Of a DNA stretch of 64,000 nucleotides, positions 1 through 13,121 are shown piece after piece. Within the stretch, counting starts at the first letter, position 1. The number at the start of each line of letters is the position of its first letter. Made by a program: the position numbers and the translations under genes. The notes beneath the pieces were generated by a model. That model was given only the letters and a program-made list of their open reading frames with translations, did not search any database and was not told the origin of the DNA. Origin of the DNA: Eledone cirrhosa. Its lineage: Eukaryota. The stretch covers positions 346,890,001 through 346,954,000 of the forward strand of contig OZ024740.1 of NCBI GenBank assembly GCA_964016885.1, given 5' to 3'.

Positions 1-106
1 TCATACACATTTTCGAGCAAGTACTTAGTTTGTAGTATATTAAAACTTACACTTAGCTGATGTAAGAAAAAATTCCAAACAAATGCGTTTCCCGGCACAA
101 CTTTAC

Positions 107-272
107 CTATTATTCATAGTAAGAAAACCTGCTAACAAACGATCTCTCTCTTTCACACACACGCACTCTCTCTTTCTCTTTCTCTCTCTCTCTCTCTCTA
201 TAGATATATATAGAGAGAGAGTGAGAGAGAGAGAGGTCGTTTTTTAGCAGGTTTTCTTACTATGAATAATAG
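107..272. repeat. Inverted repeat (~45-bp arms) around a (CT)n-(TA)n-(GA)n centre
   Basis: ctattattcatagtaagaaaacctgctaacaaacgatctctc at 107-150 is the near reverse complement of gagaggtcgttttttagcaggttttcttactatgaataatag ending at 272. Confidence 0.85.
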
Positions 273-605
273 TAAATTATACTATGAATGATATGTAAAT
301 CTGTTAATATGCATATCAGGCCGATCAGTCATTGTATATTCCAGAAAATATCATATATTTTCACGAGCTCTGACAGTTGGCAGGTAACCAGTATAGGGTA
401 CTGATCATGGGTAATCACCAAGAAACACTAATGTCTGCCGTTCTGTGTGTATGCCAACACAAGAGCAAGACTGGCGGGGTCATTCTACTGACATGGCATA
501 AGAGGTTGTTTGCATAATTGCAAACGAATCAAATCTAATTTTAATATTCAAAAACTCAGATTTACATGTCTTGTATTCGGCCATGTAGAGCGATAAAACT
601 ATTAG

Positions 606-644
<39 letters not shown>

Positions 645-1185
645 CTTTCCACATCGCTACTCGGAATTTCGCTAAACCTTCAATAGCATTCTGCAAATAT
701 TAAACTTTGAAATAAAATACAAAGTCTATCTAAACCATAAGCTACATTAAGAACTATTTTGAATGTATGATTTTACACGTATGTATTCCCGCATGTTACC
801 CCTATTACCATCCAATATTTCACACGGATCTATATATTATATATTGCACGTTACCCTAACCCGCATCCGTTTTGTCAAGTGCCTATTTATTTATTTCTTT
901 CTGTGTTTTCCATATGTTCATTTTTACTCATTTTGATATTGTCCTCTTGTATTTGTTTGTCATATGAAAGTGTTTTAAATGAACCTCACACCTGTTGCTT
1001 CTCAAAATTAATTCATAGCCCAATAAGGATCGCTGGAAATATATTTTGAATTATACAGGGTGAAGTGAGAGCACGAGAGAGGAGGCAGTGCGTGTGATAC
1101 AATTCGTTGTGTAGTAAATGTAAAATCTCTGTACATACCATATAGGTATTTATGTTTGTTTGTCACGCGCGCACACGCCCACACT

Positions 1186-1246
<61 letters not shown>

Positions 1247-2870
1247 ATATATATATATATATATCATTATATCATGTGTATTTTCCTTGTTTGTCTTCGT
1301 TATCATTTCCTGTGCTGTTTAATATTTACATATTTATTGTGTTGTAAGGTTGAATGTTTATTTTCCTGTTCGGCAATGCTAGATCTTTAAGTGAGTGAGA
1401 TTATAATACAATGATACTTATTGACGCTTAATTTTCAGAGGTCAGTCTCTCTCCTGTGTTTACGTGTTTGTTGTACAAAATCTGACGACTGTTTCTAGAA
1501 TATATTTAAACAATAGGGCCAATTGATTGTTTCATTTCGTTTTTTTTTTCTTAAGCTGCCCACTTTCACCATTTCGTTATCTTTCTGCTTCTTCCTATAT
1601 CACTCTCATTCTGCATATCATTATATTTAGCGTTCCTCTGTAAGACTGTTTGGAGCCGGCCTATCTTCAACTTTTACAATTGTACAACTGTTAACCCAGT
1701 TTCTCTGAATTCTCTGTATTTTTACTCCCCCACCAATCTCTATTTCTCTCGCTCTTTCTCTTTTTCTCTATCTTTATCTAATTTTCCTTTTTCTCTCTTT
1801 TTCTCTCATTCGCTCCCACTTCTACGATCAATCCTGTCCGTGATATTTGTACACGGTGAAGTTTGCTAATGCTGTTTCATTATATCATTATTCTATCGTC
1901 ATTATATCACGTCACGAGAAAAACAGGTGGCGAGCATAAACTTATTTCTTTGTTTTTTCATATCGAAAGAATACACAGACAAAAATTATTAACTTCACTT
2001 GTGATGTTTGAGTTTCAGAGTTTCTCATTGTGTGTGTGCATGCATCTGCTCAAAAGTTATAAAGGGTCTCTAAAATTCGAGAAACTTTCATTCATACCTA
2101 ATAGAAAATTAGAAAAGCTTTTTTGACTGATTAATCTATTGGACCCAACGGTAGATAAAATAAAGTTATTTAAAAATAATACATAAATACCAATATTCAA
2201 TTCAGGATTGTATTTAGCAAGGAAGATAATTTGATTAAGATAGTTGAAATAGATTATATACCAACTGACTCAAAACAGTTCTTACAATTCACATTCCGCC
2301 GCATAAAAATATATGAACACATATTCATTATTTTTGGCGGAAAGAATAGGCACATTTCTTTTCAACCCGTGCATATTAGACCAATGACTGACAACATATA
2401 TTGATGCTTCTAATATTTGACACTTGTTTATTGAATGTGGAAAAAAAAAAAGAGCGAGACATTCAAGACCTACAAAATGGTAAAATATACACAAAAGCAA
2501 AATACACTTCCATTTATATCAACATGCAATCCTAGAAATATTTAATTCTATAATCATTTTCAGAGAAATCTACCAATGTATTATGAGGATAAAAATTTAT
2601 AGAATAAAAAGATTATAAAGAGTAAATCACAAACCAAAAATGTACTTAAATTTATTATTTTCAAGTCCAAAAATTCAAAAATAAATCTTCAAATCACAAA
2701 TAATAAAATGTGCTGGAAGGTAAGTAATTTAGATTCGAAGGATGACAAACATTTATGCTTTAAAATAATTTCACATGTCCATCTTGCAGTCTCGTCCATG
2801 ATGCGGATGTAAAGCAAATTACATCGGAATAACTAGCAGCGATATACAGTAATCTTTAGGAATAAACATT

Positions 2871-3251
2871 TGAAAGTCTTTAGCTATGAATTTTGGAAGC
2901 TGGTGGCTAGCGCCATCAGGTGGATTCCAGAAGAAGCAGGAGTGGGTAATCTACCGACAGCCAACTATTTTAGGATCCCGTCGTTATCAAGACAGCACAC
3001 ACATTCCCTGCTTTCTACTGGAAAACATATAGTTTTGATGCCTATGTACATGGCCTGATAAGTCTTATATGCGTATGGAATAATCGGCCGACTCATCCTT
3101 AAAATAGAATTAAAGTGTTCGCTCTGACATTGCTGCATACATATAGGTATGAGTATATCTAGCCATATGTATAAGCTTTTGAAAGATTTTAGCTATGGAT
3201 TTTGGAGGCTGGTGGCTACCGCCGTCAGGTGGATTCCACATTAAGCAAGAA
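2871..3251 (+). repeat. Diverged ~70-bp direct repeat pair
   Basis: tgaaagtctttagctatgaattttggaagctggtggctagcgccatcaggtggattcca at 2871 versus tgaaagattttagctatggattttggaggctggtggctaccgccgtcaggtggattcca at 3180. Confidence 0.8.
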
Positions 3252-3637
3252 CTTGGAATCTGCCAATAAAACAATCAATATCCAAGCCACAGCCATAACA
3301 GTAACATCATGGTGCCTCGGGGCGATCATGATGTCAATGATCTATAGCATATCTCATATCTTCCATCGGTGACCAAACGAACATTGAATTACTGTGGCTG
3401 CCTTATCAATACAATCACGTGATCTGAACAAATAAATAGTGACCCAAGATAACTCGGCCCGAATACTGTGCTATCCATTTTGAATTTTTTAAGACAGCTG
3501 GAGTAGATTCATGTGGTTACGTCTATAAAAATACCGTGTAATGCAGAGTTATGTCTAACTGTTAACATAAATACGCTCGATTTTTACATTATGTCTCTAT
3601 ACATCTTTCCTTTCCTACATATATGTGTGTAGTATGA

Positions 3638-3733
<96 letters not shown>

Positions 3734-4274
3734 AATAATTGTAGGGGTGCGTTAGATTCTGTGTATGCCTACTCAGCCACATGTGTATGTCGGTATTTTG
3801 TGTGTCAATATATAAAGCAATATCTTTCTATTTCATTCATAATCTCATCAGTTTTTTGTTTTGTAAATATTTAGGTCATTCGCAATGAACTTTACACATT
3901 ATATTTTGATGTTCATTGGTGATTGGCGTTTTAAGACAATAAAACATGGCGAAAATAACTAGTTTTATGGATTCGATGCCAAAATGAGATGACTAAATCA
4001 CGGTGATAAGACGTTAGTTTATGCTACCGACATGTACATTCAATAATAAATATTGTCAAAATATCTTGTCTATGATATTATTATAAATGAATAAAAGTAA
4101 AATATAAAAAAATAATTCAAAAGAGCTATAATCATATTAGAATCGTACGCATAAATTCGCAGACACATACATATGTATATATGTGTGTGAGTGCATGTAC
4201 ACAAATATATGTCTCCATTGATATTCATTTTTTCCGATCCGTGTTGTACACACACACATACAAACAGACACATG

Positions 4275-4336
<62 letters not shown>

Positions 4337-4341
<5 letters not shown>

Positions 4342-4436
4342 TAGGGGTGCACATACAAAAATATTTATAAATACAGATATATAAATATATATGTATATAA
4401 ATATATATATAAATATATATATAAATATATATATAA

Positions 4437-4500
<64 letters not shown>

Positions 4501-4543
4501 TTATATATATGTATTTATATATATTTTTGTATGTGCACCCCTA

Positions 4544-4548
<5 letters not shown>
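4337..4548. repeat. Short inverted repeat inside a (TA)n field
   Basis: atgcataggggtgcacatacaaaaatat and atatttttgtatgtgcacccctatgcat are exact reverse complements separated by TA-rich sequence. Confidence 0.85.
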
Positions 4549-4592
<44 letters not shown>

Positions 4593-4626
4593 ATATATAT
4601 ATATATATCTATTGTTATATATGTTA

Positions 4627-4932
4627 CCAATAAGAAACACACGCACCAGTTGCTTTCACTTCAATTTATTATAATAAATTTAGGAATTTATAAATTTCCG
4701 GTTGGTTGGTTCCACGACCAGATGGTTACTTATACATTGTCAAAGTTTTTTCGTCACACATTCTGTGACCTCTTCAGTGACTGGGGATTCTTTTCTTTGT
4801 TTTTGTGCCTCTCCTTTGTTCTGTCCTGCAACCATCTGGTTGTGGGACCAACCAACCAACCGAAATTTATAAATTCCTAATGTATTATAATAAATTGAAG
4901 TGAAAGCAACTGGTGCGTTTGTTTCTTATTGG
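4627..4932. mobile_element. Penelope-pLTR-like fragment with ~100-bp inverted arms and a degenerate hammerhead in the spacer
   Basis: Arms 4627-4727 and 4830-4932 are reverse complements. Minus strand 4781-4739 reads gtca CTGAAGA g gtcaca gaatg tgtgac GAAA aaac TT tgac. Confidence 0.6.
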
Positions 4933-5053
4933 CAAAATAATCCTCCCAAAGTATAACAATATCGGTTTCAACACACGTTTTCAGAGAAAGAATCTTGCTA
5001 AACAAATTCAGAAACGAAATATATATATATATATATATATTTACATACATATG

Positions 5054-5125
<72 letters not shown>

Positions 5126-6023
5126 TAGAAAGCAATATATATATATATATATATATTGCTCTCTATCTGTGGGCGTGGTAGGCGGCAAAAGTAGTAGAAT
5201 TCAATATTTATTGTAGTGTACTCTATAAGTATATTTACTTCTTCACTCACGTACATCTGATTATTTACTCTCGTCCTCGCCCTCCCAGGTTTTTTTTCAA
5301 TCTCTCTAGCCATGTCGAACTGAGGATATAATATATATATATATATATATATAATATATATATATATATATTGGTAAACGGAAAAGAAAATGCTGACAAA
5401 TTGTTCACTGTGAAAAATAGTTTAATTAGGAATAAGTGAGAATTAGTAATAGTATTGGTTAGTATTCAGTTTTGGTTTTAAGTTTTACCGGTTGCGTATT
5501 TCTAATGCTTTTCCAAAAAATGTTTATGATAGAGCGTCCGTGATGTTTGCTCTAATCTGATTAGTTTTGGAAATTCTACCTGTTTTTATGTTAAAAAAGT
5601 GGCTCCAGCGGCATTAAAATAAGTTTTGCGGCAATTCGTGTTGCAAAAATTCTTGTGGTCAAAAAAGTTTTGATTGGCCGGTAGAGGTCATGTGAATGTT
5701 AAAAATTGATTTTGCGCCAAATGTAGGTTTGTGTCAGCTGATTGAGAAGTCACTGAAAAATAAGTCTTTCAAAACAAATATGTGTGTGTGTGTGTGTAGT
5801 AGTAGTAAAGCTGTTCGTTGTTGTGATAATGGTCAGCAGGGATGTATATGCGAACCGCAGCCTGTTGACAGTTCAAATGGCTATTAAGACAAGTGTGTGT
5901 GTGTGTGTGTGTGTAGCAGAGTAATTCGTGGTAGAGGGATGGTCTGTAGGAATGTGTCTGCAAGTGTGTGGGGGTTATTTTAACATGTTAAAAGATATTT
6001 TTCACCTCTTGTCTTATACGGAG

Positions 6024-6072
<49 letters not shown>

Positions 6073-6623
6073 TGTGTATGTCTCTTTGTATGTTAATGTA
6101 CGCGTGTGTATGTGTGTGTGTATATAAGTGCGTGTGTGCGCATACATGTGTGTGTGTGTGTGGGTGGACCAGTAATTATTTTTGTGATACTGGTGAAATG
6201 GTGTACATTATTCGATATTTTCAGTAAAATCGATTCTCTCAATAGAACATCAAAAACCTTAATAATAAAAGGTGTGAAGTGATATATAGTATTGGCATAA
6301 TACCAGGGTGTGTGTGAGTGTGTCCAGATTGTACGTACTGCAAGGGTAATCTATTAGGCCTTGCCGTATTGGAATACTTGTGTACAAATATGTATGTGCC
6401 CATCAGTGTGCAATGCATGTGTGCGTTTATGTATGTGTGTGTGTGTCGGCACGTTTATATCTATAGACATCAAAAGGTATGCAAATTTGTGTATATTTGT
6501 GTTGCACCATAGAACATGTGTGTTTACGTATGTCATTGTGTTTATATGTGGGTAGAGATGTATGCTGGTGTAGGTATGTATGTTGACGTGTATATGTTGT
6601 GGGTTCGTCTTAGGGAGAAGTGT

Positions 6624-7597
6624 TTAGACGGGGTCCGTATTTGTTAATAAAGTAAGATTCCTTGCTGATGCGCTGGTGTGGGTGGCATTATTTTTAAATT
6701 TGTAGAGGGGAAAGATTCTGAAGTTGGGATGATTTTGGGCGGCACAGGTATCAATGTGTTCACTCAGTGGTATTTTCCTGTATTCCCCTATTTTAATTTG
6801 GGATCTATGGACAGTCATGCGTTGGCGGAGGCTGTTTTTGGTATGGCCTATGTATTGTTCTCGACAACCTTAGCAAGTTAATACATATATTAGATTTTCT
6901 GATGCGCAAGTGAAATTGTGTTTTACTATAAAACGTTGTCCTTCTTTGAAATAGAATTCCGAACCCTCTATTAGGTTGATGCATATGCCACAGTTGGGTC
7001 TATCGCATTTTTTTACTGTGGGTTTCGTTGTTGTGGTTGGCAGTACTTTGGCATGTGTTAGGATGTTTTTCATTGATTTAGATTGTCTTTTGCTCTTCAT
7101 GATATCGTGTGTTCGTAGGATTTGGTTCATTCTATGGTCCTTTTTCAACACAGGGATGTTCTGGAGGATGGTGTCAAAGCCTCATTGTTGAGGGGTTGTG
7201 TGTGGAGATGTATGGAAGAGCTTTTAGTTTCGGTTGATTTACTTTAAGGTGTCTAAGATCCTGGGTACTGAGTTTTAGGGAACGTTGGATTCCATTGTCA
7301 ATTAGTGGTGCAGGGTGTAGTCCCTGCCCATGAGTGTGTCCTTTAGTTCTTGTAGCCGTAAGTAGCAGGTGTTTTTATTGGAGTCTATAGTACAGATCCT
7401 CTTGGCTAAGTTGTAGGGAATATTAATTTTAATGTGTCTAGGGTGGCAAGAGTTGAAAGGAAGATATTGCTTGGAGTCTGTGGGCTTGTAGTATATGTCT
7501 GTTTCTATTTTTTTGTTATGAATCTTAATGAGGATGTCGAGGAAGGGGAGTTGTTGATGGCTGTATTCCATCGTGAAGTTAATATTAGTGTTGAGCC
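6624..7597 (-). pseudogene. Penelope RT C-terminus/thumb plus GIY-YIG endonuclease, disrupted by stops and frameshifts
   Basis: INFTMEYSHQQLPFLDILI..TDIYYKPTDSKQYLPFNSCHP, then KCDRPNCGIC..FTCASENLIYVLTC*GCREQYIGHT..LRQRMTVHRSQI..LSEH. Confidence 0.92.
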
Positions 7598-7944
7598 CAG
7601 GCTGCGGTTCGCACACACGTCCCTGCTGACCATTATCACAACAACGAACCTCTTTACTACTACTACTACACACACACACACATATTTGTTTTGAAAGAAT
7701 TATTTTTCAGTGACTTCTCAATCAGCCGACACAAACCTACATTTGGCGCAAAATCAATTTTTAACATTCACATGACCTCTACCGACCAATCAAAATTGTT
7801 TTGACCACAAGAATTTTTGCAACACGAATTGGCGCAAAACTTATTTTTATACCGCTGGAGCCACTTTTTTAACATAAAAACAGGTAGAATTTCCAAAACT
7901 AATCAGATTAGAGCAAACATCACGGATGCTCTATCTCAAAATTA

Positions 7945-7980
7945 TTTTTGAAAAGCATTAGCAATGCGCAACCGGTAAAA
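7945..7980 (+). ncRNA. Minimal hammerhead-like motif in the Penelope terminal repeat (U3-A8 core, GCAA instead of GAAA)
   Basis: ttt TTGAAAA gcatt agc aatgc GCAA CCGG TA aaa. A more degenerate mirror copy lies at 5483-5518 (-). Confidence 0.45.
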
Positions 7981-8559
7981 CTTAAAACCAAAACTGAATA
8001 CTAACCAATACTATTACTAATTCTCACTTATTCCTAATTAAACTATTTTTTCACAGTGAGCAATTTGTCAGCATTTTCTTTTCCGTTTACCAATATATCA
8101 TAACTTGTGTGTTACACCTCTATTCTTTTAAATATATATATATATATATATGGGATCGATTGTGCATTGGATATCGAATGCTCTACTAAATATATAATAT
8201 TATAGATGTAGCGAGATCTAGGCAAATAGATGTCTATTGAAACGTACGTAAGAACCGAATAAATCTCTTTTACTGCATCTTTCTGTTCTTTTTAATTCTC
8301 TCTCCTTCTATATATATATATGCGTTTGTCTGTTTCTCTCTTACTGTTTGCCCGTTCTCTCTGTTTCTCTCACCTTATTTTGCCCTCTCTGTCAGTTACA
8401 TTTTCTCTCGAATGACCGCTTCCTCACACTTCCACTCACCCACTCTCTGTTTCTCCCCTTCTCACTTCCTCCCGTTTGGCTTACAGTGGGTCTCTTCTTG
8501 CTTACATCTCACTCACGTCGCACGGTCTCTACCTTTTGCTCATGAAATCCACCCAGCTT

Positions 8560-8810
8560 ATGCTGACCGGACAACCATGTTGCTTGTTTTTTTCCCATCT
8601 TTGGTTTACTTTTATCCTTCTATGTTGTTTACTTGTCCCCCTCGCTTTACGCGATTTACTGGTCCCAATAACTTTTTTTAGTTATTACTCGCACCAACCT
8701 CAGGTATATGATTTTTAATGCGATGAAATACCAATGATTGTTGGAAAATAACTGACGAAGGACTATTTTCATCATATGTAACCCATGTGCAACCACGCAG
8801 TATTCTTCTT
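8560..8810 (+). repeat. Interspersed repeat, with further copies at ~14345-14430 (+) and ~20140-20330 (-)
   Basis: Shared gcgatgaaataccaatga..ttggaa..aCTGA(C/T)GAaggac..catatgtaaccca; every copy abuts (TA)n. Confidence 0.75.
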
Positions 8811-8843
8811 TCTTCTCATGTTTTATATATATATATATATATA

Positions 8844-9048
8844 TAGGAACGAGTAGGACCCCGACGGCTGAGCTCGAGCCGTTTCGACGGCTAATTTCGA
8901 CGGCTAATTCTAATCCAGAATTAGCCTTCGAAACGGCTTCAGCTCAGCCGTCGGGGTCCTACTAGTTCCTATTACCCACTCTACTACCCTAAGTATTGAG
9001 TACTTTGGTGCGTTATGGTCCATCTGGTTCCTTACCACATTTCCTTCG

Positions 9049-9096
<48 letters not shown>

Positions 9097-9289
9097 CAAA
9101 TGTGTGGTAAGATAACAGGTGGACCATAACGCCCCAAGGTACTCGATAACTAAGGTAGTAGAGTGGGTAACTTAAACAGAATTAGGACCCCGACGGCTGA
9201 GCTCCGTCCGTTTCAACAGCTAGATCCGAACTAAGCCACCAGTTCAGATCTAGCTGTTGAAGCGGCCGGATCTCAGCTGTCGATATTCT

Positions 9290-9290
<1 letters not shown>
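8844..9290. mobile_element. Two oppositely oriented copies of a hairpin-headed repeat flanking (TA)n
   Basis: Long hairpins at 8844-8971 and ~9190-9283 begin ccccgacggctgagctc. Both share the tail acccactctactacc..gtac..ttatggtcca..cttaccacattt. A third copy lies at 46408-46661. Confidence 0.8.
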
Positions 9291-9330
<40 letters not shown>

Positions 9331-9360
9331 TGTGTGTGTGTGTGTATGTGTGTGTATGTG

Positions 9361-9464
<104 letters not shown>

Positions 9465-10101
9465 ATCCCTTTTCCTAAAATCTTTCATATAAAAGCAATT
9501 TTAAGTGCTTGGATGTTGATACACAAGAAAGTCTTACATACATTCACTATACTGCTTTAGATAGAAATTGCAGTGTATATGCTAGTGTCTTGATTAGACT
9601 TATATCAGAAACCTTGATTACTTTCATAATTCACAAGTACGGCATTTATTGATCAAATGTATCTACTGAATTACCAAAATCGAATTAAACTTTCAAGAAA
9701 TATATAAATTCGGTAGCAATTTAAACCCCATGACCGCACGCACATATTTAGTTCTCTCCTCATCAAAGCAATTTGCCACATGCAATTGTCGGATATTTAT
9801 CCTAGATATCTTTTCTTCCTAACGTAAGGATTTACACAACGCTGGAACATATTTTATGTTTGTTCAAGGACGGGCTTCCCTACATAGAATTAAATCACCA
9901 GGGAATGAAATAAAAATAACCCATATCATCCCACAATGATAATATATACATTTTGAAATAAGCAGTCCACTACGTATATTGTGACTACGTATACACACTC
10001 AGTATACACGTCACACACACCCATAGCCACGCTCACCCCACGCCCACCCCATATATATATATAAATGTATTTATTCATACATCACTCACACACATAGACA
10101 C

Positions 10102-10133
<32 letters not shown>

Positions 10134-10199
10134 GTTTGTGTGTGTGTGTGTGAGTGTAAGTGTCTGTATATATATATATATATACATAAAGACACATAT

Positions 10200-10600
10200 A
10201 TACATATGTGTTATATCGACCAGAAATAATAATGTTCGATTCGTTTGTAAAGAAACGGCCCTATTTGAAACTGTACCGTGCCGGTGAACTATCGGCACCT
10301 GTTTGTTCAACACTGGCTTTGAGGAACAATCAACATGTTTCTGGCTCATTACTCTTCATCAGGACTGTTAACTCTACCAGTCAGCTGAGGGGTTGAACAT
10401 ATATAGTATTTTCTTAAGTATTTCCTTAAGTACACATCGGCTGAGTAGCTTCATTTGCATACCGATTGTTCCTCAAATCCAGTGTGAACAAGCAGGTGAC
10501 GACCAATCACCTGTATGGCACATCTTCAAAACGGTTCTTTGTTTACAAACGAATCGAACATTATTATTCGTGTCCGATATTACCCATACGAACATATGTG
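10200..10600. mobile_element. Foldback element related to the 434-bp HHR family, with a minus-strand HHR at 10325-10369
   Basis: Diverged inverted arms at ~10200-10335 and ~10460-10600. Minus strand reads aacagtc CTGATGA agagtaatgagcca GAAA CATG TT gattgtt (7-bp stem I, stem II poorly paired). Confidence 0.7.
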
Positions 10601-10604
10601 TGTG

Positions 10605-10649
<45 letters not shown>

Positions 10650-10686
10650 TGTGTGTGTGTACATATATACTTATATATATATTTAC

Positions 10687-10727
<41 letters not shown>

Positions 10728-10785
10728 TATATACATATATATATACATATATATACATATATATATATATATACATATATATGTA

Positions 10786-10907
<122 letters not shown>

Positions 10908-11173
10908 GATATACATGTCTTTGTATACGCATGTGGAGTTAAATGATATTAGACATTATTATCAGTCTCAATTTCAGACAGGAAATTAACTGACGCATCT
11001 GCTGTTCTTTCCCCAAACCAAATTGTTTCTTATAAAATCTAATATCATATATATTAAAATCTGAACACTCCATTTACAATTTCATTCACACGCACAGATA
11101 ATTTTACACACACACACGCACATGCACACAGATACACATACGCGCACACAAATACAAAGAAACACACACACAC

Positions 11174-11240
<67 letters not shown>

Positions 11241-12019
11241 CTCTTGTGAAGCAATTAACGTTGATGAGTCTTTAATCTAAATAGTTGATTACGTATAGTC
11301 ATACAGAATATAGAGATACTTCATGAATAGCCTGACATTTACTATTTAACTGTAACACAGAATCAGGTTTCAATTCTGTGGGAAATGAACATAGTCATAT
11401 ATGATTCCAAATTTCTATAATCTATTTTGTCACTGAAAAAGTTGCTGTCTTTATAACTTAGGCAATACTTTGATAAAGAATATCCACTCAGTTTTTATTA
11501 TTTCTTTACTTTTCTAGAGGATTCAGCATTTCTGATTATTTATTTCACTTTTCCATTCTTCTGCAAGATTATATTTAAAGGATGAATTAGATCCTGCGCT
11601 GTGTGATGTGTGATGTATTTCGATCCGACTTGTGGTCAGAAAATAAATGTTACTGGCAGATCACCCACAGAATTCGTAAAAAGAAGTCCTCCTCCATGCC
11701 TAGAGTTCTCTCTTCCGAGAGGTGCATTCACGTGAGATGGGAATAAACATTTGCTTATCTGCTAAACCTAGTCACAACAACATATTCTGTTGAAGATAAA
11801 GTGTATCAGGGAGTACTGACTACTCTCTTAGAGGTGGTGGTCATCAGAGCAAGTAAAGAGCTGAAATGTTGCAAGGATTCTGGGGAGGATACAATTCTAC
11901 CCGAATATGATAAAAGCCTTAAATATAATAGTTATACTCTATGTGACTTATGTGTGCCGGTTGACCTGGATCTCGCGAAAGGCACCAAAGCTATGCTAAT
12001 CGAGAGTGATTATCCCAAT

Positions 12020-12298
12020 TTTCAAAAAGGGAGACATTTGTAGAGAAGTCCCCAATTATAGAGAAGTCTCCTTGTTAAGCCTCTACGGCCAAAGTCTATG
12101 CTACGTGTCTTGCAAGCAGATGTCGGTATTTTGTTGACTAGACACTAGATGGCGAATCGTGTGATTTTTACCCCACACGCAACACAACCGACCAAATATT
12201 TACATAGGGGAAGGTCTTCCAGAAGTCACGGGAGTATTGCCAAGAGTTTTATGTTTTTTCATAGACCCCAAAAAGGCATATGACAGTGTTCCACAGGA
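12020..12298 (+). pseudogene. Degenerate LINE (RTE-like) reverse transcriptase fragment
   Basis: Manual translation gives TDQIF..KVFQKSREYCQEFY..FID.KKAYDSVP across frameshifts. Confidence 0.65.
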
Positions 12299-12435
12299 TA
12301 TATATATATATCAAGTGTCTATGTGTATGTGCTTGGGTGTGTTCGTGTTAAGTTTCTTTATGTGCAAGCGTGCATGTGTGTTCCTATATTATAATTGCCT
12401 AACGTAACGTCTAAATATGTTTTTCTACAAAATAC

Positions 12436-12650
12436 GGGAGGTGCTTTGGTGGTATTGTTAGAGAGACCGACGATTTCTTTTGCAATATATTTACGCCCAT
12501 TTACGTTCTGAGTTCAAATGGAGCTGAGGTTGACTTTGCCTTTCATCGTTACGGCTTCATTGAATTAAAGTACAAGTAATGTTCTGGTATTGACGTGATC
12601 TATTTTCTCCTTTTCTTCAAATTGCTCGCCTTGTGCTATAAGCAGAAATA
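12436..12650 (+). mobile_element. Diverged tRNA-derived SINE copy
   Basis: ctgagttcaaat B-box followed by the core gactttgcctttcatc..aagtac and the tail aattgctcgccttgtgc. Confidence 0.7.
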
Positions 12651-12839
12651 GTTGATGTACATTATATTGACCCATGATATTATTAAAGCAAATGTCAGTA
12701 TCGGGGAGATTGTGCACATTAACTGAAAGAATGAACCAAAATTAATGTCTATCTGGAATTTGTTGTCGAAACGACATAAGCTCAGCTGTCGGGCACCGAT
12801 TCTCTAATATTTATATATATGTCTAAACACACACACACA

Positions 12840-12985
<146 letters not shown>

Positions 12986-13051
12986 TGTGTGTGTGTGTGT
13001 GTGTGTATGTGTGCATCTGGTGTATATATACATATATATATACACATATAC

Positions 13052-13121
<70 letters not shown>

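Larger units (their letters stand above)
5366..8131 (-). mobile_element. 5'-truncated Penelope-like retroelement with an inverted ~500-bp terminal repeat
   Basis: 5366-5864 and 7598-8098 are inverted copies. They enclose RT and GIY-YIG coding remnants, and (TA)n lies on both flanks. Confidence 0.9.

Noticed and set aside
3815-3855. Other isolated CTGANGA..GAAA matches (e.g. 3843, 22350, 23048, 48492, 60884)
   Set aside because: They lack paired stems I-III and are expected by chance in AT-rich DNA.
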